Origin: Anthoceros angustus
Taxonomy: Eukaryota; Plantae; Anthocerotophyta
NCBI GenBank assembly: GCA_010909165.1
Contig: MU008176.1
Location: forward strand, 922,856-986,855
Length of the DNA: 64,000 nucleotides
Direction of reading: 5' to 3'
Shown: positions 33,344-45,980 of the stretch, one piece after another
Position numbering within the stretch: position 1 is the stretch's first letter
Layout: the number at the start of each line of letters is the position of its first letter
Position numbers and translations under genes: made by a program
Notes under the pieces: model-generated
Seen by the model: the letters and a program-made list of their open reading frames with translations, nothing else
Told to the model about the DNA's origin: nothing
Databases searched by the model: none

Positions 33344-34583
33344 TCAAGCAGTCACTGTGGCTAACCTTTCCGTGCGTCCTGAGATATCCTTGCCGAACAG
33401 TCCTGCAATCCCTGCAGCAGGGTCATTCTGCTTCACAAGTGACTCCCCAACCAACACAGCACCCACTCCTGCACTTTGAACCAGAGCAATATCATCGGGA
33501 GTAAAGAGACCCGACTCCCCCACAACCAACAGGCCCCCGTCTCTGATAATCTGCCCCCGCTCGCCCTCCAGTAGCTGCACCGTGTTGTTGATATCCACCT
33601 CGAAAGTTCCCAAGTTCCGATTGTTAATACCAATAAGCTTGATATCGGGAATTCGCAGAACCCTATCCAACTCCTGCGCGCTGTGGACCTCAACCAGAGC
33701 AGCCATTCCGAGCATCCCCAGAATCTTCGTGAAATACTTGAGATCCTGGTCGGGCAAAACCGCAGCGATGAGAAGCGCAGCATCAGCCCCCTTGGCGCGG
33801 GCATAATACAGCTGCCAGGCGTCCAAGATGAACTCCTTGCAAAGCAACGGGATTTCCACCCCGGCATCCCTTATCAGCCTCAAATTTTCAAAACTCCCCT
33901 GGAAGAACTTCTCGTCCGTGAGAACGCTCAAGCACGCAGCCCCGCCCTGCTCATACGCCTTGGCAATGCGCACGGGATCGAAATCCGGCTGGATCACGCC
34001 CCGGCTGGGAGACGCCTTCTTCACCTCGGCAATCAGCGCCGGCTGCCCCGTCTCCTCCGCTCGCCTCCTCAACGCCCCGACGAAATCTCGCGTCGGGCCC
34101 ACGGCATCCACCAGCTTCTTCAACTTCCCCAGCGGCAGCTTCTCCTTCATCTGCGTCACCTCCACGTCCTTGTACCACACAATCTCCTCCAGCACATTCC
34201 GCGGCTTGTTCCCTCGTTCTCCACCCGGAACTCAAACGGCCCCACGTAGTGCCAGGAGGCCCCGTGGGCGGCCTCCTCCGGATCGTGATCCCTCGCTGGC
34301 CGCAGCCTCCTCCGCCTTCCGCCGCTCCTCCCACTCCCGCCACTCCGCCGGCACTGCATACGGATCCGGCCCGCTCCGGGACGCCCCTCCGCCTCCCCGC
34401 CTCCCCGCCCGCGCAGCACCGCAGGCAACCCTCTCCGCTGCCCCTGCCATCCCCGCCCCAGCCAAGCTCCACCCGCGCCGGGCTACCTGCACAGCTCAGT
34501 CTCGCCACCTCCCCACCCCGAGCCGCTGCTGCGGCGTGCGGCGCAGAACCAGCCGCCAGCGCGTGAAGAGAAGACGACGCCAT
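33344..34583 (-). CDS. IGPS: Plastid indole-3-glycerol-phosphate synthase (TrpC/IGPS), intronless, with at least 4 apparent frameshifts in the GC-rich 5' part
   Basis: [58 protein letters not shown]. The plant-type pre-domain segment [40 protein letters not shown] is recovered by adding one G in three G-runs (~34211, ~34252, ~34290). Transit-peptide-like start [11 protein letters not shown] at ATG 34583. Confidence 0.92.
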
Positions 34584-35960
34584 AGCCAACGCTCGCTCGA
34601 GCCTTCAAGCTCCTTGTGCTGCTCAGACCTAGACGCTATATGGACATACAGTATGTAGCTATCCTGCAGATGCGTCGTTCGTTCCTCACTTCAGCTCGGT
34701 TGGACAATTCGAGTCGTCAAGTGACAATAGTCGACTCGTCGAGTAATTCGCGCCATCCATGAAATGCTCCCCGTGGAACCTGGGTTACGCTGCAACACTG
34801 GGAACCCGGCAACCGCGGTTCGAATCTCGGGAACAGCGAGCGTAACTCGGCAAGTTCAGTGTGGTTGGCGTGCAAAGACTCATGGACGTCCACCTTCGAG
34901 TGGTTGGCAATTCGCGTCCCGACGACTATCATCCGAGGCTTCGCGCTGTGCTGTGCTGTGCTGCCCTTCACAGGGCCCGCAGGGAGGTCTCTAAAATGAA
35001 TTTAAACAAAAAAGAAAGAAGATGTGCGCGTGTGAGGCATTTAAGGAAGAGACCGACGGGTTGATGCGATAGAGTGGCATTTTGACGGGCTGTGACAGGC
35101 GGCGAGGGCCCTACGGCGGTGCATGGTGCGAGGAGAGAGCTGGCTGAGAGTCAGGGCAGGTGCGAGCCGCTCGCGACTCCTTGTGGGCCCTGCGAGCTTC
35201 TCCCGCTTCCGCAAACATCTGAAATTCCCGGATTGATGCCTTGACCTCCATGCTGCCCGATTTCCGCTGCACGTTGCCCAATTTTATACACGCATATAAA
35301 CCCGCCGCTGTCGTCGAGCGGCTCAGGTGATCGGCACTGGATTTGTGAGAGTGGCCGGGGGCGAGGAGGAGGAGCAGGAGGAGAAGGCGGGCATCGGCCC
35401 GCCATAACAATAAATTTTGATTGTGCGCATTCGCATTGCAATTGCAATTGGGATGGGGGGGAGGATGTGGGGCTGGGAGTGGGGCGCGGGGCATAGGGCC
35501 CGGGTTCCGTGATTGAGAGGCCCGTGCCGTTGCGCGGTGCGGTGAGGTGCGGGGCATGGGGGGCGGAATTGGAATTGCGGTGGAGGGAGGATGAGAGGCT
35601 GAGGGAACTGACTGTGTCACCGTAGCTGTTGGTATCTCCGTTGTGGTGCCTTTTCTGTTTGTGCTGCCTCTGAACTGTCCTCTTTCTTGGCGCGCTGGTC
35701 AGTTCTTCCGAAGTGTGAGGGAGTATTCGGGGCTTGGTTAGGTGCCCTACTGTTTCTTGGTCAGTATCTCTGGGCTTCACCCGCCTTGGGCTTGGCCTTG
35801 CATGCTCCTAGGGCTCTTACATTTGGCTCCTCAGACTGACGGTTTTTTGTGGCTCTGCCTCTTCCTGTGCTTGGCTGCTTCTAGCATCGCTTGGACGGGA
35901 TTGATTGCGAGGTGTCTTTATCGGTTTTGGTTCCCTAGAGCAACGCAGTGAGTCTTCAGC

Positions 35961-38900
35961 ATGTATGCCATGGTGCAGCATCAGCAGGCACAGCAGGAGC
36001 AGCAGATGCAATTCCAGCAGCGCTTGAAGCAGCAGAGTCTGATGCAGCAGGCTATGCTACAGCAGCAGCAGCAGCAGCAGCAGCCAGTATGTCACCCCTT
36101 CATTCTGACCACCATGTCCCAGGTATTTTTTCTGCCTCTGCATCGCCACGCGCTTGTCTCTCTTGGCAATTGTCCATTGCCCCTTTTCACCAGTTGCAAG
36201 GAGAGAGTCGAGTCAGGTCAGGTCAGGTCAGTTCAGGTCGGGTCGGGTCGGGTCGGGTCCGGTCGGGTCGGGTCGGGTCGGGTCGAGTCGAGTCGGGTGG
36301 GAAGCAATTCTAAACATGAGAAATTTTGAGGATGGTCAGTCACCGTTCGGCCGTCTTAAACGTCCGCAGTCTGTGTCCTGTGGCTCTAGTGCACCCCTAG
36401 GCAGGCGCAGTTTCCACTGTACAGGCTCTGCTCTATCAATCGCTCTTCTTGTAGTGCGTTTTCAGCAAGTGTTGGTGGGTAGTCGTGATACCGACTTTCC
36501 TTTTTTTAAGCTTTCTCAAACCGTTGCACATCCTGAGGTTTAAAATTTTCTCCAGGGGGCATTTTAAGCGCACTAGATGGTTGCAAGTTGTAAATTTCAG
36601 TTTCCAGTTATTTTCCAGTTTTGTGACTGTCTGTGTAGTTGACAGGAAAGTTTACAGGCCTTTTCTTCGTTGTTTATTTTTTCCTTCTTTATTTCATATT
36701 CATGCAGATTGAGCCTATTCCAAGTGGAAATCTGCCACCAGGGTTTGATGCAACTTCATGCCGCAGTGTGTGAGTCAGCTGCTTTTTCGTCCTTTCCGGC
36801 TTTATTTTTTCTTTGAGTTGTAGCTCTACGTGCCTCAGCTTGTAACCTACAGGTAATCTGTCTTTATCTTTTCTTGTGGCGGTGGTGTATCTTCTCTTGT
36901 GCAACTTGCACATGATCCAGGGTTGTCGTTTGGATGTTTAAACTGTGCAACTTAGTTGTTTCTTCAAATAATGCTTGTGAACGAGGTGTTTCTGTGTAGA
37001 TCCATTTACGTCCATGTCTAACTTATGGGAGATTGGCATATATTAGACATGGATAACTCAAAGATTGGTTTGGTGCATCTTGCACCTAGCTTATCTATTG
37101 TTGTCTTAGTCTTCCATGGATAGTCCATGGATATATTCTATGAGATTGTACTGATGTGGGTTATTGGCTACTTACTGACCGCTCATTACAATCTTTGTTG
37201 ATCCTGCAGTTATGTTGGTAACATTCACAACAAAGTTACAGAGGCACTGCTTGGAGAGATTTTCTCCAGCGTAGGCCCACTGGAAGGATGCAAGCTGATC
37301 CGAAAAGAGAAGGTAGTCAACTGCACTTGTACTTGATAGCCCCTAAGTAGTTTCTGTGGAGAGCATGTGCAGAGTCGTGGGTCATGGTGAAGTCTCCTGA
37401 AATAATTCAAAGAAGAAGAAGAAGCTTTATTTAAGTCTACTAAGGGTGGTTTTACCTGATACACCTAAGAAATGTAGGTATAAGAAAAGACTGCCTGTTT
37501 AGCTTCTGAGTCAGAATAGCAAGTGCTGGGAATCCCGACAGATGTCCAGGAGAACCGTTTTCTCACCCTCCTCATTGCATTTTTATCTGATATGGCAGTC
37601 TTCATATGGATTCGTGGATTATTATGACCATAGATGTGCTGCCGCTGCCTTGGTAACTCTGAATGGCCGCCAAATGTAAGTTGTATCCATGCTGACTTTG
37701 TCCAGTGTGCACTTTTATATTAAAAGGTGCTGATAATACATGCTTTCGTCATGATTTGTGGCTGTGTTTTCAGCTGGTGCTATTATTTAGCCTGATCTGC
37801 GCATTCATTCAATGTGAGTAGGTATGGGCAGTCAATTAAGGTCAACTGGGCCTATGCCAGCGGACAAAGAGAAGACACAACAGGTGTGCTGGTCGGGTAC
37901 AGCTGAAACAACTTTGTGCCAAAGCACTGCTTATTTTGATTTTGCTCATTGGTTAATATCTGCAGTAAATTTGTGCAGGTCACTTCAATATTTTTGTTGG
38001 TGATCTCAGTCCGGAGGTTACAGATGCTACACTCTTTGCAGCATTTTCTGTCTACCCAAGCTGCTCGTGAGTTCCAGTGCCCCCGTCTTGGATGTTTCAG
38101 CTTTTTTGCTAAGCAGTTCTCTGTACTTCTCTCATAAGGAGCACTGGTGAATTTGCAGAGATGCGCGAGTCATGTGGGATCAGCGATCTGGTCGCTCCAG
38201 AGGTTTTGGATTTGTGTCTTTCCGGAGTCAGCAGGTGTGGTTGAGCTGAGAAAGCAGGTCTTTAATTTTCTGTTGTTCTGATTGTCTTACTGCTGCCCTT
38301 TTGTTTAGTAAAGTTTGGTTGTAATGCAGGAAGCGGAAAATGCCATTGGTGATATGACAGGTGTGATACAGCACTTGAACAATTTTACTGGCTAATTCTA
38401 TTGTTAAAGATTTCAGGATGTTGTTGAGGATGGTGTGCCGTGTCCTTGAAATGTATGCAGGGAAGTGGCTGGGAACTCGGCCCATCCGCTGCAACTGGGC
38501 CACCAAGACAAACATGGGTGGGCAAGGGGATGAATCGCTTAGTACTGGAAATGGTTCTACGCTTCCTGGTGGGGTCGAACAAGTAGCATCGCTTGCAAGC
38601 CAGTCTGCACAAGGTATGCAATCCTGTTGCTGGTTTGTTGCTGCCACATAGCTCCACTTACTTACAGTTGCTTTTTCTGAATATGCATGGAATCCAGAGT
38701 CGCACCAAGAAGAATCACAGCATCGTGATGAAACTTCAGGTGGGGATGGTCCTGAGAACAATCCACAATACACAACTGTGTATGTCGGAAATCTTGCCCA
38801 TGAGGTAACAACCCAGTCTGTAGATGCACCCAGAGTTAGCAAAGTTCAGAAACACTTCGTCTCAAACTTCAATTTGCAGGTAACTCAACCAGAGCTCCAC

Positions 38901-39528
38901 CGACAGTTTCACTCATTAGGAGCAGGTGTGATTGAAGATGTCCGGGTGCAGAGAGACAAGGGGTTTGGTTTTGTTAGGTATCGCTCTCATGAAGAAGCTG
39001 CATTTGCGATTCAAATAGCAAATGGCAGGGTCATCTGTGGGAAGTCTGTCAAGGTAATTGTGAGGGAGCTTAAATGTTTGGCCTAGATTTGCTTTTTTTC
39101 TTCTCTGTACATTTGTGGCCATAGTGTATGTAGTCTTCATTTGCAGCTTTGTGGTGTTCCCAGTTCCACAGCCATTGATGACATCTCTTGTCTACTGGCA
39201 GTGTTCCTGGGGCAGCAAGCCTACTCCTCCGGGGACGACATCTACCCCTTTGCCACCCCCTCCTCCAAATCATTTTCAAGGAGTTATCCCAGCAGGTCTG
39301 AACCAAGCTTTTAATGGAGCAGCTGAGCTTCTAGGTTACGGAAGAGTGAACCTGGGTCAACCTGGAGCTGGACGTGCGCTTTTGCCACTACCACACCAGC
39401 AAGGGTTAGGAATTGGACTTGGGCAAGCTCCTCTGGGTGCTGGAGGCAACCGCACGCTTTACGAGGGCTTTCAACCAGGTGGAGGGCTTCCAACTGGTGG
39501 TCTAGGCCAGCAGCGACTTTATTACTGA
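35961..39528 (+). CDS. UBP1: Oligouridylate-binding protein 1 (UBP1/TIA-1-like, three RRMs)
   Basis: Exons 35961-36122, 36708-36769, 37210-37312, 37599-37675, 37822-37883, 37979-38066, 38159-38234, 38330-38360, 38461-38613, 38698-38804, 38880-39053, 39202-39528. PolyQ N-terminus, [85 protein letters not shown]. The start could instead be the ATG at 35970. Confidence 0.95.
36207..36297. repeat. Compound pentanucleotide microsatellite (GTCAG/GTCGG/GTCGA)n in UBP1 intron 1
   Basis: gtcgagtcaggtcaggtcaggtcagttcaggtcgggtcgggtcggg...gtcgagtcgagtcggg. Confidence 0.95.
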
Positions 39529-41236
39529 TGGATGAGGCAACCGGTGTAGAGATCTGACCTGTCCAAGACATTTGACGGGGGCCCTGTCCGACAGACTCCA
39601 GATTTTTTCTCACAGTGATCCTTCGAGGGGACGCTTCCTTGTTTGCCTTCTTCCTCTGATCCTGTGGGTCCTGACAAACTGTGGCCAGTGAGGATATAAC
39701 ATAGACCTGGCTTTGTAAATGGGCCTAGGTAGGTAGGTGGTTCACATCATCTCCGGACTCGTGGAAAACTGCTGAGTTAGTTTCCTGCTGGATCGCCCAA
39801 TTGTACAGTATGAGTTTACACATCGTGCAAGGCAACTTGTCCAGCTCTTGAGTTCGAGGTACCTTGTAAATCTCACCCCTGGACCACTTATTAGGTCTCT
39901 GTCTCATGGTCGATGGCAGAATGCAACAGTTTCTTGTATGTGTATGTACATTTTCTGGCCATTTCCAGGCCAATTTAGTATGTTTTTACCAGATATCCTG
40001 TGTGTCTGCGGGACACCAAGCCTACTCCTGCAGGATGACCCCTTGCCGGGCTCCGCCTCCGATAGGTTGCTTTCAAGCTGTCCATCAGATATTTTTGTGG
40101 GCTAGGCCTGGTGTGAACGGGGGAACCCAGCCTGAAGGGTTGGTTATCTTTCGTCCTTTCGCCAATGCCACACTGGACATTGTAGAATTAATCCTAAACG
40201 ACCGGCCCCTCTGGACATTTTCTGAAGGAAAATAATGAGAAATTAATTGTTGTCTTTCTTAAGTAAAATATTTAATTTTAAATTTAAAAAATATATGTTT
40301 CACAATTTTACAAAGAAGCGCTTTCCAACGAGGTATGTCTTAGCCCATTTCATGAACCAATGTAATCTTGGCCCATTTCATGAATAAATGTAATTACGTT
40401 GAAGTGAGGAACGGCCCTATCGATTCTCGGGAGAGCACCTCTCTCTATGGTTTGTGCAAATGATATAGCGAAACACGCTGCATGCAAGATCACTAGAAGG
40501 GTGGCATGAATGCAAGTGTTCCATGCGAAAATCACAAACAGCAAAGCTCAAAACAATGGATTCCAAGTGTTCGAACGCAAAAGTCTTTCACAAACTGAAT
40601 AAAACTTCACAGACTTATGTGCGGCAACAAAATAGGACACGTCCAAGAAAGCCCCCAGACATGAGCACCACCCGCTTACCGTGATCGAAGTCCTCTACCA
40701 CATACTCTAGCCTTATTGGTTGGCTTGCCCTAACACTAGTACCTTCATTGGGAACCAGAGTGTTTGACATAGAGTCGCTGACACCGCACAATGCAGCCGA
40801 GAGTCATTACAGTCCGTAGAGAAGGCGAGACAAAACGCATAAAAACCAAAGGTCAATGAGAGAAGCAGATATGGCGATTCTTATACAATCTCACATTAGT
40901 TCTTTGGCTGAATCCTAATCCATTTTTTGTGTTCTTGACTTGGGAAGAGAGCGCTTTCAGCGGCAAACACACCATGATCTTTTCCAAAAGTTTTCATATC
41001 ACAATTGCACGCAATCCCATACAAAATAGGCGAAAGGCCTAGTTTGGGATTTTAGGTCGATTAGGGTGAAGTATCTATATATCTCTAGTGTTTTATATTT
41101 AAAATGGCTCCCTAGCAAGGCCTCTTTAGTAAGGGGTGTTACTCTTCCCTCCATTTAGTATCTGTCTCTAAGTTTTTGTTTCCAATATACATACCAAATA
41201 CAGTAGTATCACTTTAATAATATAGTATTAAATTAA

Positions 41237-41632
41237 GTTGAAGACGTTACTTAGTACTTGCTATATATGGGGGATCCATGGCCATAAAAGGGCTAGCTTA
41301 TAAAGCTCACTTCCTCCACACCGCTCTTGAGAAGGACATAGAAGCTTTAAGCTTAAGTAACTGCTACAAAAAGACCAGCTCATAGAGGTTACTTCCTCTA
41401 CACCCCTATAGAGAAGATCAGAGGAGCTTTAAGCTTAAGTAACAGCTACATGTGGGGGATCGATGGCCATATAAAAAGGCTAGCTCGTATACCTTTAAAA
41501 TCACTTCCTCCACTCTTGAAAAGGTCATAGGAGCTTTCAAATTACGCTAGGACCTTAGCGGAATTGTTGTGGAAGCGTATATTGTGAAGTTGGAAGGGAG
41601 CTTTGAACTGAACATTGGGAGAAGAGAACTAA
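41237..41632 (+). promoter_or_regulatory. Upstream module shared by AT-hook-family loci (homologous to 61910-62177), internally triplicated
   Basis: gttgaagacg(g)ttacttag...ggatccatg(g/a)ccata...aaagggctag...cacttcctccacacc...gaagg and gtgaagttggaagggagctttga occur at both loci. The cacttcctc...gaag...agcttt block appears three times in 41266-41540. A regulatory role is inferred from position only. Confidence 0.6.
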
Positions 41633-41656
41633 GTATTTCTAATTCTTATTAATAGG

Positions 41657-43063
41657 ATGAAAAGAACACGTGATCATTCTGGAGTTACATTAAAACGTTG
41701 CCTCAAACAAAGGAAGACAAATCAAATACCTAATAATGTAATATTCAAAATAGAGGGAACAACTCTACCTTTATCGAAGATGGAAGACACGAAAAAAGAT
41801 GACGAGAGTAATAATTTAACAGAGGATCCTATTTTTATAGATGAGGACGATGATTCAAGCGACGAGGACCATTATTCAAACTATGAGAACCCTGATTTAA
41901 GTGATGAGGAGCATGATTTAAGTGATGAGGAGCATGATTTAAGTGATGAGGAGCATGGTTCAAGCGATGAGGAATACAGACCTATGCCTCGACGCCGAGG
42001 ATGTCAAAATATACGGTCCAAAAATAAGAAAACCGTTACAACAAAAGCTACTAGACATAGATTTCAAAGACTCAAAACGTCTGGTAAAAATGAAAGGGAA
42101 GAGAAAGATACAAAAAACAATGAGAAAGAGAGACCAATGCCTCGACCTCGGGGACGTCCAAAGGGGTCAAAAAATAAGAAGAATCTTGCTAAGGAAGTTT
42201 TTAAACATAGATTTCAAGGACTCAAAACATCCGACAACATTGACATTGATGAAGAAATTCAAAAGAATAGTATTTACCACAATAGTAATGTGTGCTTGGT
42301 GCAAAAACAAGACTCGGAGATTGAGTCCGATAGAAAAGAAGTGAAAATAAATCTTGCTGCCGATCTAATAATGCAACTTGGAGAATCAAAACCTCCACGC
42401 CGAGGACGGGGACGTCCAAAAGGGTCCAAAAATAAGAAGAAAATTGCTGAAATAATAGGAGCCCAAAGTAACAAATTACAAGGATTTGAGACATTCAATA
42501 ATATGGAACTTGAAGGAATTCCAAAGAAGGGCTTTCACTATATTCAAATCGATATACCAACAAAAGTTTATCGAACAAGGGCTCGTTGTTTATTAGAAGC
42601 ACAGAACGATATGGCACAATCATCCCCTGAAGTGATGAACAAGGTCGTACAAAATTCTTCAGAAGTGAGGAAAAATATGTCGCAACAATCCCAGGTGAAT
42701 AATGCTGACGATTACAACATGGAAGCGAAGAACGCTTTTTCTGACCAATGGAGTTCGTTGGACAATTTGAATATTCTTTCAGATCGAAACTATTCACTAG
42801 AAGAAATGAATATTTTTTCAGACCAATGGAGTTCATTGGACAAATTCGATCTGCTTTCAGATCAATACAAGTCAATGGAAGAAATAAATCCTCTTTCATA
42901 TCAGGAAAATTCACTAGAAGAAATGACCAAATGGATCGATACTGACCTTTGCCCTCCACATGATTATTATCTTGGCAGTAATGACTATGAGATCTTTGAG
43001 TCATGGATAGACAAAGAGTTGAAAGAGAAACAGGGGTCCTCTTCGGGCTTTATGGAGTTTTAA
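41657..43063 (+). CDS. Uncharacterised 468-aa intronless protein: acidic tract, three AT-hook-like modules, 13-aa repeats and a conserved WIDTDLCPPHDY C-terminus
   Basis: Intact 1.4-kb ORF in AT-rich DNA. (DLSDEEH)x3; PRPRGRPKGSKNKK and RRGRGRPKGSKNKK (AT-hook core RGRP) plus one degenerate module; five SDQWSSLDxxxxL-like repeats. Homologues lie elsewhere in the window. Confidence 0.8.
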   Translation: MKRTRDHSGVTLKRCLKQRKTNQIPNNVIFKIEGTTLPLSKMEDTKKDDESNNLTEDPIFIDEDDDSSDEDHYSNYENPDLSDEEHDLSDEEHDLSDEEHGSSDEEYRPMPRRRGCQNIRSKNKKTVTTKATRHRFQRLKTSGKNEREEKDTKNNEKERPMPRPRGRPKGSKNKKNLAKEVFKHRFQGLKTSDNIDIDEEIQKNSIYHNSNVCLVQKQDSEIESDRKEVKINLAADLIMQLGESKPPRRGRGRPKGSKNKKKIAEIIGAQSNKLQGFETFNNMELEGIPKKGFHYIQIDIPTKVYRTRARCLLEAQNDMAQSSPEVMNKVVQNSSEVRKNMSQQSQVNNADDYNMEAKNAFSDQWSSLDNLNILSDRNYSLEEMNIFSDQWSSLDKFDLLSDQYKSMEEINPLSYQENSLEEMTKWIDTDLCPPHDYYLGSNDYEIFESWIDKELKEKQGSSSGFMEF

Positions 43064-45929
43064 AGTGAATTTATGCAATCACAATAGCGTAGCTGTTTGT
43101 ATTTAGGATGCTAACAGATTCGTGATTAGTGTCTAGTTCATGTAGTTCATGAACAAAGCAATTCGGCAACATTCGCAATATAAATTTTGTGAGTTCACGA
43201 ACCAGTTGGATCCTCCTAACAAGAATATGCAATATAAAGTGGTATGGACTCAAGGCTGAAACTAACAAATAATCATAAATTCAAAATTATATGTTCATAA
43301 TCTTAAAATTAAATTGAACAATAATAATAAATTTAATTATCCACCAATAATTCAAAATTATCCATTGATTATCTAGTAAACTTGTAAACCCTTTTTTTTT
43401 CTTGTCATTTAATAAAATGACTAAATTTTATGAAAATAATGTCGGGATCCTTGCCGAGAAGGCTTCCCAATGACATAATGCCTCCATCGAGCAAGCGTGT
43501 TGCAATCAGATTCCATGTCTATCAAAAACTCATGTTCCCACCGGTGTAGGTAGATGTGCTGTGCGCACATATCTCAAGAATCTGAACACACTTCTCCTCC
43601 ACCATTGACTTCAAAATTGCACAAGAAAGTTGCCAAAAATTGGCTTGAACATAAAAGAACGCAGTCCAAGCTCTACCTCATCTCCACTAAAAGAAACCCC
43701 ACTAAGTACAATCCAATCGCCTTTTCCTGATGCGATAATACGATGTGTAACATAGGGGAATCAGAACCCTTGTTGAAGATTTCTCCTCCGGGTTTGTTTT
43801 GATTTAGTTTAAAACTAATAAATTTTAAAAAAACTACAATCCAACCTCCCACGCTCCTTGCCATTGATATACAAAGATGTGTGTACGCACTCTACTAAGT
43901 CATTTGCCTCGCCATTGGATTAATGATCCACCACCGGTTAAGGTGCTGCTCTATGCACTGTCAGGGCACACTACAAAATAGATGAAGTGCGAAATGTGAC
44001 TTTTGGCCAGGACTGTTTTCTGTTTTGGAGACTTCCTGAGCAGAAAACAACTGGGTGTGAAGTCCTGGTACATCTTTGAAAAATGCCTTGCGTCCCTTGG
44101 GCAACGGTGGAAGACCACATGTACACTAACCCCCTAGATTGGTTTGAATGTTTTTTTGTTTTCTTATGTTTTGTATGATGGAGTGCTTAGGAAATGTCCG
44201 AGGCAAGGCCTCTTATACTAAAAGGGTCCTTGGCCCATGACAATATTACTTTTTAGTCCTTGGACCTCGAACTGTGAATGTCAAAGGTGCTAGAAGGTCC
44301 TTGGACCTTGGGATTTTAGGAATAAAATTGTCTACATAAGGTGGGGATCCTTCATTCGATTGATGCGGAAGTGGGAGGTGGCTAGTTCCACAACGGTGGC
44401 GAATATGGAGCGTCTGAGATCTTGGCGGGAGATAACAACCCTAGTTGCGGAGCCGGGGTTGACAGTGAGCTGAGCACTAGCAGAGTTGGAGCGCAATTGG
44501 AAGAAGACCGCATCTTGGTACTGTGATTCTGCGAGATTTCAAGGCCAAAGGCTAAGTTCGCAACCGGGTGGGACTGCAGTGAAGTTAAGTGAAGGAGGCG
44601 CATGCGACGAATGAGGAGCTCCAGAATGAAATTTCACGAGCCCAGGAACAAGTGGAGACGCAGGCACCTCTAGAGAAGTTCAAGAAGCTAGTGAAGAGGT
44701 ATAAGCGGAAGAGAGATGAGCTAGAGCATGGATGGAGGAACGCACTGTTTGGCTGTCCAATGATGAGGAGCGAGGAAACATGCGCAGGGGCAGTAGACGG
44801 ACGGCGCATCCTAGGAGGAGTGAAGAGACCTCGGATAGCGGGAGTGAGGTGGAGATATTAAGGGAGGATCTTGGGATCGGGCGTGGTAGGAGGCGGGGAA
44901 CACCCATGGGCCGCAGGCTAGGCGGCCACAGGAGGCGGGCGCGCTGATTTTAGAGGGGAGTGGCATCATAGGTCAGGGCTTTCACTTGGATTAGAGGATA
45001 AGGTGCTAGGAAGCCTGTGAACCTGTAGATACCCGAATTGGTAGGCGCGCTAGTGGTAGGATAGCCATCTTTAGATACTGGAGGTAGGTTAGCCATCTTT
45101 AGACACTGGAAAAGTGAGTTCTGGCGCTCCGCGGCCGGATGTACAAGAGACCCCTTCGCGTCTCCCTCGTTAGACAATTTCAGGTGTGAGCTCTCGTGTG
45201 TCGAATCTGCGCGCGTGGTTGGTTGGAGACGACCGATCGATGACGGACTGATTCGGTGTGCTGTCCTCTCGTCACAAGAGGGCCGGGGAGATCCTTGGAT
45301 GGTCGAGAGCTGAGTGACCAAGATCCGCGTCTGGGGTGACTAGTGGTGAAGGGTGCTCGATGCATGCCAGGAGAGGGAAATTCCCGCAGGGGACCGGGGT
45401 GAGATCGCGGGTGTGCGAATCGCCTGTGGAGCCGACAAGCTGTTTTTTTTCCTTTCCCAACCCGCTGTCTAACCAGATTGTGTCTAATCCCAAGGAAGGG
45501 TCTGTGTGGCCCAAGGAGGGTGCAGCCCAAGAGAGGTCATGTGGCAGAGAGAGGAGGATCTGTCAGAACATCTTGTGCGCGGTGGTGTATGAGGTCCTGG
45601 AAGAAGGGGTGAGTGAGTCATTGTGTGAAGGGAGTCTAGGTGGTGAGCGCGAGGTGGAAACGCGGAGCGGGGAAGGTTGGGAATAAATTGTGGGGTCGGA
45701 GGAAATCGGCGGTGAGGTGCAGCGGCGTGCGTGGCCATGGTGTGCATCCACCGGTGAGCTGGGTGTGAATCCACATGAGTGTGACTTGGTGTACATGTGA
45801 ACCTGTGTGCATAGGACCATAGCCCTTAACGAGCGTAGCAGGGGAACCGGGCGCCAAATAGTCGATCGCGATGCACTCGCGCGCCGGTCGGGTGGGTCCC
45901 ACCACAGTGGCTGAATCAGCCACCGCGGA

Positions 45930-45980
45930 GGCCGAACCCACCACGGCGGTGGCCGAACCCACCACGGCGGTGGCCGAACC
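45930..45980. repeat. 21-bp tandem repeat (ggccgaacccaccacggcggt) interrupted by the copia insertion; continues at 54731-54752
   Basis: Units at 45930 and 45951 and a partial unit at 45972; the remainder acccaccacggcggtggtcgaac follows the 3' LTR. Confidence 0.9.

Noticed and set aside
33344-34195. Bacterial trpC acquired horizontally, or contamination
   Set aside because: A transit-peptide-like N-terminus and the plant-type [19 protein letters not shown] segment lie upstream once frameshifts are corrected.
44589-44861. Coiled-coil-like 90-aa ORF
   Set aside because: No ATG start and no recognisable domain; probably a fragment of an unclassified repeat, so not called as a gene.
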